From an uncultured Verrucomicrobiae bacterium (lineage in GTDB: Bacteria > Verrucomicrobiota > Verrucomicrobiia > Chthoniobacterales > JAFAMB01), in the NCBI GenBank assembly GCA_963762565.1, contig CAVXLD010000007.1, positions 599,549-663,548 on the forward strand: a stretch of DNA of 64,000 nt. The letters run 5' to 3'. The notes under the pieces are model-generated. The model was not told where the DNA came from. It saw only the letters and a program-made list of their open reading frames with translations, and searched no databases. The translations under genes were made by a program, and so were the position numbers. Positions 21,168-32,118 of this stretch are shown here, piece after piece. Each line of letters begins with the position of its first letter. Positions within the stretch are counted from its first letter, which is position 1.

Positions 21168-22154
21168 ATGTTGCCCAAGCATGTAGTAATAGTTGGCTAC
21201 GACGAGATCACTTCGCTCGACCTTTCAGGGCCGCTGGAAGCGTTTAGCAGCGCGGTGATAGAAAATGCGAGAGGCAATCCGCAGCCCTGCTACAGGGTCA
21301 CCATCGCCGCGTTAGGTGCTAGAACTTTCTCTTCTGAATCAGGCTTATGTGTAACCGCCAAGCATTCGTTAAGCTCAATACGCCAGGCGGACACGCTGCT
21401 AATCCCAGGTGGACGCGGTATGAGAAATCCGTCTACGGGAGCAAAGCTGGCAGCCTGGATTAACAAAAGAATAAACCGGATCCGTCGGGTGGCTTCAATT
21501 TGTACCGGCGTTTACGGGCTGGCGGCGACCGGCTTGCTAAACGGACGCAGAGTTACGACTCATTGGAAATTCGCGAACGATCTCGCTGCGCGCTATCCCA
21601 AACTCAAAGTGGATGCGAACCCGCTTTATATCCAGGAAGGCAAATTCTACACGTCGGCCGGTGTTACTGCGGGGATCGATCTGTCGCTGGCATTGATCGA
21701 GGAAGATTTTGGACCGCAGATCGCGCTGGCTGTGGCCCGGGAATTGGTGGTTTACATGAAACGTTCCGGCGGCCAAGACCAGTTTTCTGAACCACTAAAA
21801 TTCCAAATGGCCTCAGCTAGCCGGCTTGCGGATTTGCCGGCCTGGATAACAGGACATCTGGATCAAGATCTATCGGTCGAGGTTCTCGCCCAGCGGGTGC
21901 ATCTGTGTCCACGCCAGTTCTCCCGCCGGTTCAAAGCGGAATTTAAGAGTAGCCCGGCAGCCTTTGTTCAACGGCTTCGTCTTGACGAAGCCCGGACCCG
22001 GCTCGCTGCCGCGAATTGTAGCGTGGAAACTGTGGCCGATTCGGTCGGGTTTCATGATCCAGACAGTTTTCGGCGCGCCTTTGTGAAGTGTTTCGGTGTT
22101 CCGCCGCAACAGTACCGGAGCCGGTTTGCTTCAGACAGAAAGATCAGGAGCTAG
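21168..22154 (+). CDS. GlxA/FtrA family AraC regulator
   Basis: DJ-1-like N-domain (SICTG, TSAGVTAGIDL) plus C-terminal AraC HTH; divergent from the DJ-1 gene. Confidence 0.92.
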   Translation: MLPKHVVIVGYDEITSLDLSGPLEAFSSAVIENARGNPQPCYRVTIAALGARTFSSESGLCVTAKHSLSSIRQADTLLIPGGRGMRNPSTGAKLAAWINKRINRIRRVASICTGVYGLAATGLLNGRRVTTHWKFANDLAARYPKLKVDANPLYIQEGKFYTSAGVTAGIDLSLALIEEDFGPQIALAVARELVVYMKRSGGQDQFSEPLKFQMASASRLADLPAWITGHLDQDLSVEVLAQRVHLCPRQFSRRFKAEFKSSPAAFVQRLRLDEARTRLAAANCSVETVADSVGFHDPDSFRRAFVKCFGVPPQQYRSRFASDRKIRS

Positions 22155-22410
22155 GAGCTAGAATCTAGGAGCTAGTAGGGCGTGTCGCAGCTCGATCGCA
22201 ATCGTCGTCGTCCTCGTCCTCGAAAAGCGAATTCCTCCCAGGATTGTGAAAAACCCAGATGCTGCAGACACTCGGGAGACTTGCGACGCGCTAAGGTAAA
22301 TGTTCGTCCGGATTAGGAGCCATCCACGGCTTCGATAACCCCGCGGCCGCGGAAGCGAGGACGCATCCACACCCTGCGAAGGGCGAAGGACTAAGACAAG
22401 AACGAAGCGC
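22139..22410. repeat. AGGAGCT-heptamer element, copy 1 (right arm degenerate)
   Basis: About 120 bp at 22139-22258 is nearly identical to 23067-23186. Confidence 0.8.
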
Positions 22411-22455
22411 TGCGTCACGAATTGCAACAGATCACAAGCAGCCTAAAATAACACC

Positions 22456-23049
22456 ATGACCAAGAGGACCACGAACCCTAAGGTTGATGCAAATCTAGCC
22501 AAAGAGGGAAGGTGGCTGGAAGAAATAGAGAAGCTAAGAAAGATCTTTCTCGACTGTCAGCTGACCGAAGAACTGAAGTGGGGTAAACCCTGTTACACCT
22601 TTGAGAACAAGAACATAGTTGTAATAATGAGGTTAAAAGAGAGCTGTGCGGTTCTGTTTCTCAAAGGCGGCTTGTTAAAAGACCCCCATGGTCTTCTGAT
22701 CAGACCTACCGAGAATACGGAGGCAGGCCGGCAGATGCGGTTCAGGAGTGCTCGCGAAATAGCTAAGATGGCGCCTATTGTGAAAGCCTATATTCAAGAG
22801 GCCATTGAAGTCGAAAAAGCCGGTCTGAAAGTGGAGGCGAAAAAACCTGCGGAACTCCGAATTCCTGAAGAGTTTCAAAATAAATTGGACGCGATGCCCG
22901 CCTTGAAGACGGCTTTCGAGGCATTGACCCCAGGCCGGCAAAGAGGCTACATCTTTTACTTTTCCGGGGCCAAGCAATCCAAAACGCGCGAGTCAAGGGT
23001 CGAGAAATGCATGCATCAGATTCTCAAGGGAAAGGGATTAGATGATTAG
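22456..23049 (+). CDS. YdeI/OmpD-associated family protein
   Basis: LTEELKWGKPCY, ALTPGRQRGY and AKQSKTRESRV motifs. Confidence 0.9.
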   Translation: MTKRTTNPKVDANLAKEGRWLEEIEKLRKIFLDCQLTEELKWGKPCYTFENKNIVVIMRLKESCAVLFLKGGLLKDPHGLLIRPTENTEAGRQMRFRSAREIAKMAPIVKAYIQEAIEVEKAGLKVEAKKPAELRIPEEFQNKLDAMPALKTAFEALTPGRQRGYIFYFSGAKQSKTRESRVEKCMHQILKGKGLDD

Positions 23050-23066
23050 TAGACCGAGGAGGACAC

Positions 23067-23337
23067 AAAGATCAGGAGCTAGGAGCTAGAATCTAGGAGC
23101 TAGTAGGGCGTGTCGCAGCTCTATCGTAATCGTCCTCGTCCTCGTCCTCGAAAAGCGAATTCCTCCCAGGATTGTGGAAGACCCAGGATTTTCTATGCTG
23201 CTAGAGCCGAACTCGGGAGACTGACGACGCGCGGCAAGCTAACACACGCTACTTCGACGACGAGGACGAGAACTACTGTCTCAGAGATGGCGCGCGCCTA
23301 CTAGCTCCTAGATTCTAGCTCCTAGCTCCTGATCTTT
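23067..23337. repeat. AGGAGCT-heptamer element, copy 2 (complete, long terminal IR)
   Basis: AAAGATCAGGAGCTAGGAGCTAGAATCTAGGAGCTAGTAGG with its complement ending at 23337; inner TCGTCC/GGACGA arms. Confidence 0.88.
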
Positions 23338-23549
23338 CACCAGGAAGTGGCAATTTTGGGGTTTTGTCCACCCTTCTTCTGGCAATCGTTTATAGCGGCT
23401 CTTTCTGCGCCCTTTGAGTAATCTGCCGTTCTCGCCATGCGAGTCCCATAGCGCCCACGGATAAAGCTGAATCCGACTATCTTTCCGGTTCCGTTATCTG
23501 AAACCGCGACCGCTCCATGCGCAGCCTCACTGTTAGACGTTGCGTACAC
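23337..23549 (-). pseudogene. DUF4189-like gene remnant
   Basis: HGAVAVS...AERAAINDCQKKGG pattern; no convincing start codon. Confidence 0.35.
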
Positions 23550-23656
23550 TACCTGGCATCTGTTGCCTTTGTAAAAAAGATTTTCTGTTGATCACCGATA
23601 GTGCTCTGGCTATCTGTGAATTCTGCGGTAGGTTTAAAGGGTGAATAGAAAGACTA

Positions 23657-24061
23657 ATGCTAAAAAAATTGTTTGCTTTGCCGTTTGCCGCCGTCATTCC
23701 TGCGATTGTTCCGCTCGTCGCTCCGACTGGCGATGCCGTACCTGGTCGAGTGCAAGTCGGCGAGGTGTCGCTTCCCAAACTTTCCAGCCACGAATGGGAA
23801 AAGCTGGCCCGGCGACAGGAACCCTTACATATTGATGTGGAGCTTTCGGTCTACTATGGGCGAGTGTGGAATGTGTTCGCCCGTAACGGAACCGGCTATC
23901 CTGATATTGACCGAGCGATTGTCCATTGGATAGCGGCAAACTGGAAGCTAGCTCCCTGGTTTGCGGGACATGATGGTTACGTCGTCTCCCTAGATATCGA
24001 CCCGGCTCTTCGACAAATTGTTTTTCGGAAAAGCCTACTTGGCTTCGGCCAGCAAGGCTGA
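23657..24061 (+). CDS. Hypothetical exported protein
   Basis: 134-aa ORF with signal-peptide-like N-terminus. Confidence 0.55.
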   Translation: MLKKLFALPFAAVIPAIVPLVAPTGDAVPGRVQVGEVSLPKLSSHEWEKLARRQEPLHIDVELSVYYGRVWNVFARNGTGYPDIDRAIVHWIAANWKLAPWFAGHDGYVVSLDIDPALRQIVFRKSLLGFGQQG

Positions 24062-24345
24062 TTGCGCAACGGGGTTGCCGGAAGACCCTGCAGGAAAAGT
24101 TGCTAAGTAGGGAATGAGAAGGGCCCGTCTAGTTGACCAGGTGAATTTGGCCCTCCGCGTTCCTGCTCAACATTTGGATCGTTGGAAGTTTGTACTCGGC
24201 ATTCCCCGTTCTTCCTTGTCTACCGTTGCGTCCTTCGCGTCCTCTGCGCGAGGCTAGAACATATTTGAGGCGCTGTTTGGTATTCCATCGGCGTGAATCT
24301 GCGGTTCGGATTTTGCGGTCGCGATTTAATTCCCACCCAGAACTT

Positions 24346-25983
24346 TCAGTGTACCGCCTCGCAGCCGGATCGGGCCTTTTCTAGGTTTTTGTAGCTATCA
24401 ACCACGACCGTACCGGCATTGATATCAGTGCCTCCGGTATAGGTATTCGTCCCGGTAAGAATAAGTGTTCCCGGGCCATCTTTGATCAATACCCCATTAC
24501 CACCGATGACGCCGCTAAGCGTTGACGTCGTCCCGGCGTCGGCCAGGAAGGTGCCGCCCCCGGCATAGAGAGTAATGGAGCTGGCAAAAACCAACCCGTC
24601 GCCTGTTGACAAAGACTCTAACGTGCCGCTGTGAAAGCTGAGTGGCCCGCTTCCCAGGTTTTCGCCGTTTTCAACCCCTTGACGTGCCGCCGTTGACGTT
24701 CGTGCCGCCGGCGCAGGTGTTGGTTCCGATTAACGTCAGCATCCCGGCGCCGGTCTTAGTAAGTACTCCGGGTCCAAGACTGCGCCCGAGAAAACCGCGT
24801 CTGAGCCGTTATTGGTTTCGATAGTGCCACCCGGCTTCAAGAATACCAAGCTGCGTGCGCTGTTTATAGGAGTCTTCGGCTGTAACGTACCGCCCTGCAG
24901 ATCGACGAAGGACCCGAACCCCAGTTCTGTAAGATCATTCTCGCTACTAATACTCAAGGTGCCATTGATGATGTTCGGACCGATAAAGTTACCGATGGCC
25001 ACCGGCCCTGAACCGATCGTGATCTTGTTAACAACGGCTTGTCTGATCATATCGATCACGGTTACGGTGCCGTAGATAGTGGAGACGTCGGTATTCGTTA
25101 CATAGGCGTACCGGCCATCAGAAGTCACGGCGACTCCAGTCGGGAATTTGCCAACCGGAATTATCTTCGCTATAGCCTGATTCACCGTATCAATGACTGC
25201 TAAGGTGCCGCCGAGTTCGTTTGTGACCAGGACATGCCGGCCGTCTGGCGTCGCCGCGATCCCTATTCCGCCTCCGACGTTTGGTATCGATTTAACCACG
25301 GCCTGTTTAACCGTGTCGACCACTGTTACTGAGCCTGCCGTAAAGATCGTAACGTAAACAAAACACCCATCCGGCGTCACGACTACCCCATAGGGATTCT
25401 CCAGCATATTGTAGGTCTTAACGACCGCTTGTTCGGCGACGTCGACTACCGCTAAGGTTCGATCGCCGATATTCGTGACATACGCAGTGAGACCATCGGG
25501 TGAGAACGCAATAGCAGCCGGGTCGTTTCCAACCACCATGTTGTTAACGACGGATTGGGTGGCCGTATCAATCACCGAAAGGGTATTTCCACCCTCGTTA
25601 GCGACATAAGCGTAAAGGCCATCCGGGGTTAACGTGGCGCAGGCCGGAAAGGATCCGACGGGTATAGTGAGGACATTGCCACTAACTAAGTCTAGTACCC
25701 CTGCAAAGTTGTCGAAAGACGACGTGTAATAGAGCAGTAAACCATTCGGTGAAACCGAGAAGGCCACAGGCGCGCCTTTCACGAATCGCACCCCTGCGAC
25801 CTGTTGTTTGGCCGTATCAACGATTTGGAGGGTGCCCTGCGTTTGGTTTAGCCCGACCTCAACATAGGCATCCTGTGTGATCTGGGCTGGCAAATGCCTG
25901 GTTGGACCCAAATAGATAGTTACGGCGAAAGCCACCCGAACGCCTGCTCTTGGCACTGAATCGATTCCCTTTGACATACCCAT
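24346..25983 (-). pseudogene. YVTN beta-propeller fused to autotransporter-associated beta-strand repeats; frameshifted and truncated
   Basis: Repeated TPDG..AYVTN motifs; GTLILTGTNTYTGGTDINAG repeats in other frames; no beta-barrel follows. Confidence 0.75.
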
Positions 25984-26263
25984 TGCTCCAATTTAGCGGC
26001 CCATGTCACCCGGCGTACGCTCAGCCACCGAGCTTATAAATACCATAATTTCTTATCCCTTCGCTGCAAGCATTTCCGCGAGCGATTTTGCGACAAATTC
26101 GTAACAAATCTGGGAGGGCGCGCGTCCTCGCGCGCCGCAAGGGCTCAAGTGGCGTTTGATAACACGAAATCCGTACGCTTTTTGCGGAATCCGGATTGTC
26201 TTCTGAGGGCCTGTCCCGCTTTAGTGACTGACTGCGCTTCAATACAAGAAGGTAACCTGACCT

Positions 26264-26410
26264 ATGAACTGGCTGCACATCATCGTCGAGGGTGTCTGGA
26301 TTTACGGCGCTCTGTTTGCCGTTGCGTTGGTTATCACCTACCACACGCATCTCGCCAGCGAAGCAGACGGATCAAAAAGTGCGGCAACACGTTTTGGCGA
26401 GATTCGGTAA
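26264..26410 (+). CDS. Small single-TM protein (48 aa, below the ORF-track cutoff)
   Basis: MNWLHIIVEGVWIYGALFAVALVITYHTHLASEADGSKSAATRFGEIR*. Confidence 0.4.
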   Translation: MNWLHIIVEGVWIYGALFAVALVITYHTHLASEADGSKSAATRFGEIR

Positions 26411-26679
26411 AGTGAGGGTCTGATTCAGGAGTTTATCCGAAGTGAGGAGCTATCTGCACGCCCAGTAAAACCTTGGTTTGCTTCGTTACCGTTGGGTTGA
26501 GCTCAGTCGAGTCGTCGAAGGCCTCAAAGATGTTAGACTGAAAATCCGTCTTTGTGGCCTTTGCGGCCTCGCTGTGAAAGTTCCCCTTGCGTCCTCGTGT
26601 GAGACTTCCGGCCGGCAGCCTGAAACATTTACCGGCTCGCAATTGTTACCGGCTGTTGTTAGCATTCCAGACAATCCCA

Positions 26680-26916
26680 ATGCGTTATAGAGAAGTTCTA
26701 GAATACATGCATGGCTACCTAGCCGCGTACCCTTTAGGCTTTGAGGCTGATGAGACCGGGCAGCAGTATATTGTCGCAGACAGAAACGGTTATCGACTCG
26801 GAGAATCGGCAGATCTCAAGGTTGTCGAAGAAATGGTCAAAGCCGAGAACCAAGCTTTCGCGAATACCATGCAGCGGAAACCTTTTCGTCAATTGATCGC
26901 GATGTTTGCTAGCTGA
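26680..26916 (+). CDS. Hypothetical protein
   Basis: MRYREVLEYMHGYL... natural-looking composition. Confidence 0.5.
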   Translation: MRYREVLEYMHGYLAAYPLGFEADETGQQYIVADRNGYRLGESADLKVVEEMVKAENQAFANTMQRKPFRQLIAMFAS

Positions 26917-27002
26917 TGAGTCATCATTTTCAACCTAATGGATACGGGCTCGCTACGCCGCGTTGGCCATATCGGCGCCAGGTTGATCAAGAAAGATGGC
27001 AG

Positions 27003-27290
27003 CTAGAAAATAATACCGGTCACGTTAGGCATTGTATTTGGCCTGATTAAAATCGAATCATTAGTGCTTTGGGAGAGCTCGCCTTGAATACTTAAGGCAA
27101 CGCTCGTTTGCGTGCCTCTTGTGGTGTTAATCGTCACGATATAAGGATTTTCCTCGTCAGCATTCCGAAACAGAACCTGTACGACACCATTCCCCGCTTT
27201 GTAATCGTCAAACGTTTCAATCCGCAGAAATTGATCCACGGGAACATGGGCGGTATTACCGTTACTACTGGTGAATTCGAAGAATCTCAT
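27003..27290 (-). CDS. Hypothetical protein
   Basis: 95-aa ORF with lower GC and natural-looking composition. Confidence 0.5.
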   Translation of the reverse strand: MRFFEFTSSNGNTAHVPVDQFLRIETFDDYKAGNGVVQVLFRNADEENPYIVTINTTRGTQTSVALSIQGELSQSTNDSILIRPNTMPNVTGIIF

Positions 27291-27525
27291 GTAAAGCGCC
27301 GGTGCTCCGGCTCCGTAACCATGTTAGAGTCAAGACGGAGTGCTAGCAATCCGACTCGTTTTCGGTTCGCGCAGGCGATGGAGAAAGAGCCAACAAGAGG
27401 CGTTAAGGACGGTAAGTTCTAGGGGACACGTATTAAGTGATTGTGGACCGCACAGGAGGGCGCGAAGACAAATCTTTTTGAACAGGAGCTAACAGAGGAA
27501 ACAGAGGTTAATCCGGTCGCACTAG

Positions 27526-27840
27526 TCAGTCGCGTTCTTTCTTCATCCGCTCGTAGCTCTGCCCTATGCTCTTTTCTTCTTTCTCACCAATTACTTCGAA
27601 CAGCCAAGCTTTGATGAGTGATTGTCTAGAGATGCCTCTAAGTTGAGCTGCTCTGTCTATCCTACGAATCATCGACACAGGCATATCCAAGCTGACGCGC
27701 CTCAACTCTAAATTCGGGCGTCGCAGCTTCGAAAGATCCACGTAATCCGTGATATCCTCTTTGCCGTCATCAAAGATACGATCAAGATCTTCAGCGGTTG
27801 CCGACTTAGTTTTGCTCTTCAAAGTAGTGCTCTTCTTCAT
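27526..27840 (-). CDS. brnA: BrnA/CopG-like type II antitoxin
   Basis: TAEDLDRIFDDGKEDITDYVDLSK, RRVSLDMP and GISRQSLIKAWL (ribbon-helix-helix). Confidence 0.8.
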   Translation of the reverse strand: MKKSTTLKSKTKSATAEDLDRIFDDGKEDITDYVDLSKLRRPNLELRRVSLDMPVSMIRRIDRAAQLRGISRQSLIKAWLFEVIGEKEEKSIGQSYERMKKERD

Positions 27841-27940
27841 TTATCCTCGCTCGCCTTACAGAAACTATTCGAACGCCATCGCATTGCAACGTGTAGAAAG
27901 CGCACCAAACCTTTTCGGCCAGTTGTCGAGCCAATTGCCC
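27806..27940 (-). pseudogene. BrnT toxin C-terminal remnant
   Basis: Minus-strand translation KVWCAFYTLQCDGVRIVSVRRARINEEEHYFEEQN* overlaps the antitoxin start; N-terminal half absent. Confidence 0.65.
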
Positions 27941-27986
27941 GCTCTATTGATATGACTGAGAGCGTGCACTAAGTTCCCCGCTCTTT

Positions 27987-29393
27987 ATGCCTGTTGCGGA
28001 TCCGGAAACGACCTCACCCCCTGCTTCCTGGTGGCAAGTGATTATCTCTTCGTTCAAAGGCGAGACTCGTGATTACACGACAGAGACATTGCAGCGATCG
28101 ATTCTTTTCCTGGCGGTTCCCATGGTTCTTGAGATGGCCATGGAATCTATTTTTGCGTTGGCTGATGTTTTCTGGGTTTCGCGGCTTGGCAGCGACGCTG
28201 TTGCGGTCGTGGGTCTTACAGAATCGATCATGACGATCATTTACGCGGTCGCGATCGGTTTGGCCATGGCTGGTGCGGCGATCGTTGCTCGACGAGTCGG
28301 TGAACGAGATGATGAAGAGGCGGCTCGCGGCAGCGTTCAAGTGATTTTATTAGGATTTGCTGTAGCGCTCGGCCTTGGGGTGGTCGGGATCTGCTTCGGA
28401 CCTTCTTTGTTGCGAGCAATGGGCGCGAGCGACAGGGTCCTAGAGTTGGGATCGAATTTCAGCCGCATCATGATCGGCGGGAACGTGACCGTGACGATGA
28501 TTTTCCTGATCAATGCAATCTTTCGAGGTGCGGGGGATGCAGTTGTCGCGATGCGTACCCTGATTTTTGCGAACACGCTTAACATCGTCCTCGGGGCGTT
28601 GCTGATTTTTGGGTTCGGCTTTGGAGTGACGGGAGCTGCGATGGCGACAAACATCGGCCGAGGATGCGGTGTCCTTTATCAGTTGTATCATCTTGCCGTT
28701 CGGCCAGGGCGCATTCGGATAGCTCGCCGTCATTTTGTCTTCGAACCGGATGTGGTCTGGTCGATTCTGAGGGTTGGATCTGTTGGCATTTTTCAGAATG
28801 TGATCGGTATGACGAGCTGGATCGGCCTTGTTCGTATCCTCTCCCAGTTTGGGAGCTCAGCGCTGGCCGGGTACACGATTGCGATTCGACTCGTGATTTT
28901 TGCGCTCCTTCCGGCGTGGGGCCTTTCGAATGCGGGTGCGACATTGGTAGGGCAAAATCTCGGAGCGAAACGCCCTGATCGCGCCGAATCCGCGGTCTGG
29001 ATGGCGGTACGCTACAATGTTATTTTTCTCGGAATCATTGGGCTCCTTTTCATCGTTCTGAGTGCTCCCATCACCTGGCTGTTTACGCAGGATTTGGAAG
29101 CGCATCGTTGTGCCACCCAAGCTTTGTGGGTGATTGCTCTCGGATTTCCGTTTTATGCGGCAGGCATGTGCATGACCTCTGCGTTTAACGGCGCCGGCGA
29201 TACTTGGACACCAACCCGTCTGAATCTGGCTTGTTTCTGGCTGTTCGAAATTCCATTTGCATGGTGGCTGGCCGATAAACTCTCCCAGGGGCCGTCCGGT
29301 GTTTTCATCGCGATCACCTGCGCATTCTCTCTTCTTGCGATTGGGGGGCTAATCCTCTTTCGTCGCGGCGCTTGGAAAGCCGTCCTCGTTTGA
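27987..29393 (+). CDS. MATE family efflux transporter
   Basis: LAVPMVLEM, IFRGAGDA, TLVGQNLGA and FNGAGDT motifs; many TM segments. Confidence 0.93.
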   Translation: MPVADPETTSPPASWWQVIISSFKGETRDYTTETLQRSILFLAVPMVLEMAMESIFALADVFWVSRLGSDAVAVVGLTESIMTIIYAVAIGLAMAGAAIVARRVGERDDEEAARGSVQVILLGFAVALGLGVVGICFGPSLLRAMGASDRVLELGSNFSRIMIGGNVTVTMIFLINAIFRGAGDAVVAMRTLIFANTLNIVLGALLIFGFGFGVTGAAMATNIGRGCGVLYQLYHLAVRPGRIRIARRHFVFEPDVVWSILRVGSVGIFQNVIGMTSWIGLVRILSQFGSSALAGYTIAIRLVIFALLPAWGLSNAGATLVGQNLGAKRPDRAESAVWMAVRYNVIFLGIIGLLFIVLSAPITWLFTQDLEAHRCATQALWVIALGFPFYAAGMCMTSAFNGAGDTWTPTRLNLACFWLFEIPFAWWLADKLSQGPSGVFIAITCAFSLLAIGGLILFRRGAWKAVLV

Positions 29394-29879
29394 TGAAGCA
29401 GACCGGAAAAGGAAGGAACTGACCGACGTGATGTCCATGCTCTGCAACTGGGGAAAAGCGCACATCTCCATTGATGTCCGGATGGAGCCACTACGAAGGG
29501 CTGCCACGGCTCTCTGATTTCACTGGAAGATCACGAAGGACACAAAGACGGAAGGATAGGAGAATTTCTTACCGAAGCCTTCGACGACTCGACTGAGCTC
29601 GCCGAATGTCGTGAGCTCAAGCGAACGGTAACGAAGCAAACGAAGGTTTTGCCGGGGTGCAAACTTCATGCGTGAACGGGGTTCGCTGAGGACCCACACT
29701 CGAAGACAAAATTGCACAGCAAAGGCCGCAAAGGCCACGGAGGTCCGAAACCGAAAATCCCTCACTCTGGGGCGCCTCGGGGCCGCGTCTATACAAAATC
29801 GTCAACACAAAGAGAAAAGATCTGGCGCCGTCTTTGTGTCCTTTGTGATCTTCTGTTAAAGTTTTTGAACGAGGACGGT

Positions 29880-30254
29880 ATGTACCTAACGGAATTTGAT
29901 CGGTCGCAACGGCTAATGAAAATTACCGTGGCCGGTGACACGATAGCTGAGGAGGTCAGGTCCGCCCTGGAGAACCTGCGCACACTCCTGATCGATGTTC
30001 AACCTGGGTTCAGGGTGCTTGCCGATCTGAGTGGGCTCGTCTCCATGCCGACTAGCGTAGCGCCGCATATCGGCGAAGTCATGGATTTGTGCGCGGAAAA
30101 AGGGGTCGCCTTGGTGGTTAGATTGCTTCCCCCAGACCCCAGCAAAGACATCGGCTTAGCGATCATGAGCCAGTTCCATTACCCGCCTCATGTTTCGATC
30201 GTAACCTGCGCGACGATGGAAGAGGCGATGCAGCTGTTACATGAAAGGAACTAA
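29880..30254 (+). CDS. Hypothetical protein
   Basis: ATG after GAGGA at 29880; upstream in-frame extension lies in a repeat element. Confidence 0.6.
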   Translation: MYLTEFDRSQRLMKITVAGDTIAEEVRSALENLRTLLIDVQPGFRVLADLSGLVSMPTSVAPHIGEVMDLCAEKGVALVVRLLPPDPSKDIGLAIMSQFHYPPHVSIVTCATMEEAMQLLHERN

Positions 30255-30318
30255 ACGAGATCGCGCTAGACTGATTCGCGAGGGGATGCTGGTGAAAACC
30301 GGTCAGGGCTTTAGCCCA

Positions 30319-30564
30319 CTACGACAGGACTTCGACCGCAATTCCAATTTGTTTAGCTACCGCTTTGAGCCTCGGCATTTTCCCCGATGTGAGGATCTTC
30401 GCCCAGGCCTTGTGCAGGGGATGCTGATAGTCCAAAAATAATATCCCGTTTGCGAGATGCGATCCTGCGCAATTCTCGACGGCTTTAGCCAGCAGTGGTT
30501 CTCGCTCCGTCCATAACCGGTCGATCAACCTCTTTTTTTCTTCATCTGCCTTCGTCGGAATCAC
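30319..30564 (-). CDS. Hypothetical protein
   Basis: 81-aa ORF with natural-looking composition. Confidence 0.4.
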   Translation of the reverse strand: MIPTKADEEKKRLIDRLWTEREPLLAKAVENCAGSHLANGILFLDYQHPLHKAWAKILTSGKMPRLKAVAKQIGIAVEVLS

Positions 30565-30670
30565 CTAGAATGGTAACCCCGCAAGGCTTTCAAAATGATG
30601 TCTACAACATTACCGGACGGTAAGAGTTCCGATTGAGACGGCGCTGACCGGCTTAGGAGACATAGGAGAC

Positions 30671-30716
30671 AAAAGGGGTCAGTCAACTTGACTGACCCAT
30701 TGACTGACCCCTTTTT
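30671..30716. repeat. GGGGTCAGTCAA REP-like palindrome
   Basis: AAAAGGGGTCAGTCAACTTGACTGACCCATTGACTGACCCCTTTT. Confidence 0.8.
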
Positions 30717-30765
30717 TCTCTTTTCTAACAGAAATAATGGCGAGAGGCAAAGTTCATCCGTCCGC

Positions 30766-31784
30766 TCATGGTGATGCGAGCGGCGTTAATAACAATGCAT
30801 GTTCAGGGCCAGTCGGGAGCCCAGTCGTGCTTTGATAACCCCAAGCACTGATTTGGCCGTGGTCATTGATTCCAGTAGCAGCGAATATTAACCAACCCGA
30901 GTTGGGAGCTATGAGGTTATTCAAGTCCCGCATTTTGCCGTGGTTGTAGAGAAAACCGTGGCTGATGTTGTCAGTGGCCTGTATATCACCTACAATTTGA
31001 CCCTGATTGTTAATAGCTGTAGCCCCTGAGGAGGGGATAGCACCCAGCGTACCAAGATCTACCATTTGACCCCCGCTGTAGAGGAAAGCGTGGTAATAGG
31101 GAAAACCGGTGTTGGGGTCAATCGCCGTCACGGCTGCGCCACCTACAATTTCACCGCGAGCGTTAATAGCTTCAGCCACTGAGCTGGGACCGCCCGTGTG
31201 CCAAGGTCTAGCATTTGGCCCCCGCTGTAAAGAAAAGCGCGGTAATCGGTGTTTCCAGTGTTCAGCGCATAACCGACAATGTGACCGGAATCGTTGATGC
31301 CCCGAGCCTCTCCGTAGGTACCGCCCAACGTACCAAGATCTCGCATTTGGCCACGGCTGTAGAGAAAAGCGTGGACAGCGGTGTCGCCACTGATTTGCGC
31401 CCAGCCTACAATTTGGCCGCGAGCGTTGATGCCATTAGCCCCTGAGGAGGAACCGCCCAGTGTGCCAAGGTCTTGCATTTCGCCGCCGCTGTAAAGAAAA
31501 GCGTCGTAGTCCGCGGAGCCTACGATCTGACCGCGATTGTTTATCCCGGTAGGACTCAGAGTGCCAAGGTCTAGTACTCGACCATCGCTGTAGAAATAAG
31601 CAAAGCCAACCGCAGCAACGCCGACGACCTCACCGGGATTATTGATGGAAGTAGCAATCCCGCTACCAATATCCGTAATGGCGTAGCTAGTCTGCCCTTT
31701 AGCTGCTGGCAGCAGTAGCAGGCCGAGAAATGTCGCGCTCAAAATACTTCGCCTGTAGAAGGGGGAACCAATTAGATTTTTCAT
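30766..31784 (-). CDS. Secreted HAF-repeat protein (frameshift near 31195)
   Basis: Repeated INxxGQIVG...HAFLYSGGQMxDLGTLGG units; signal peptide. Confidence 0.88.
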
Positions 31785-32010
31785 ATTCTTTCCATACGAA
31801 GCTTGCGCCTGCTCCCTTCGGAAAACATCAACGTCGTGTAACAGCAAGCGCTCGCTGCTATTCGTTATATAGGAAATGCTTTTCAATCACAAGCAACCAA
31901 AATCACCTTGGAATTAACATCAACAACCAAGCAAAAAAGGAATCCCGTGTGCATCAACAACGCCAAGATGTAAACTAAAGCCGAGACAACAACTAAGATA
32001 GTGGATAGAG

Positions 32011-32041
32011 AAAGGGGTCAGTCAATTTGACTGACCCCTTT
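32011..32041. repeat. GGGGTCAGTCAA REP-like palindrome
   Basis: AAAGGGGTCAGTCAATTTGACTGACCCCTTT. Confidence 0.85.
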
Positions 32042-32118
32042 CAGGCTCAAAGTGGCCCCCAGTTATCAAGGCTGGCACAGGGCTCCATCGCCGCCACCCG
32101 TGCCATTTTCGTTGAAGA

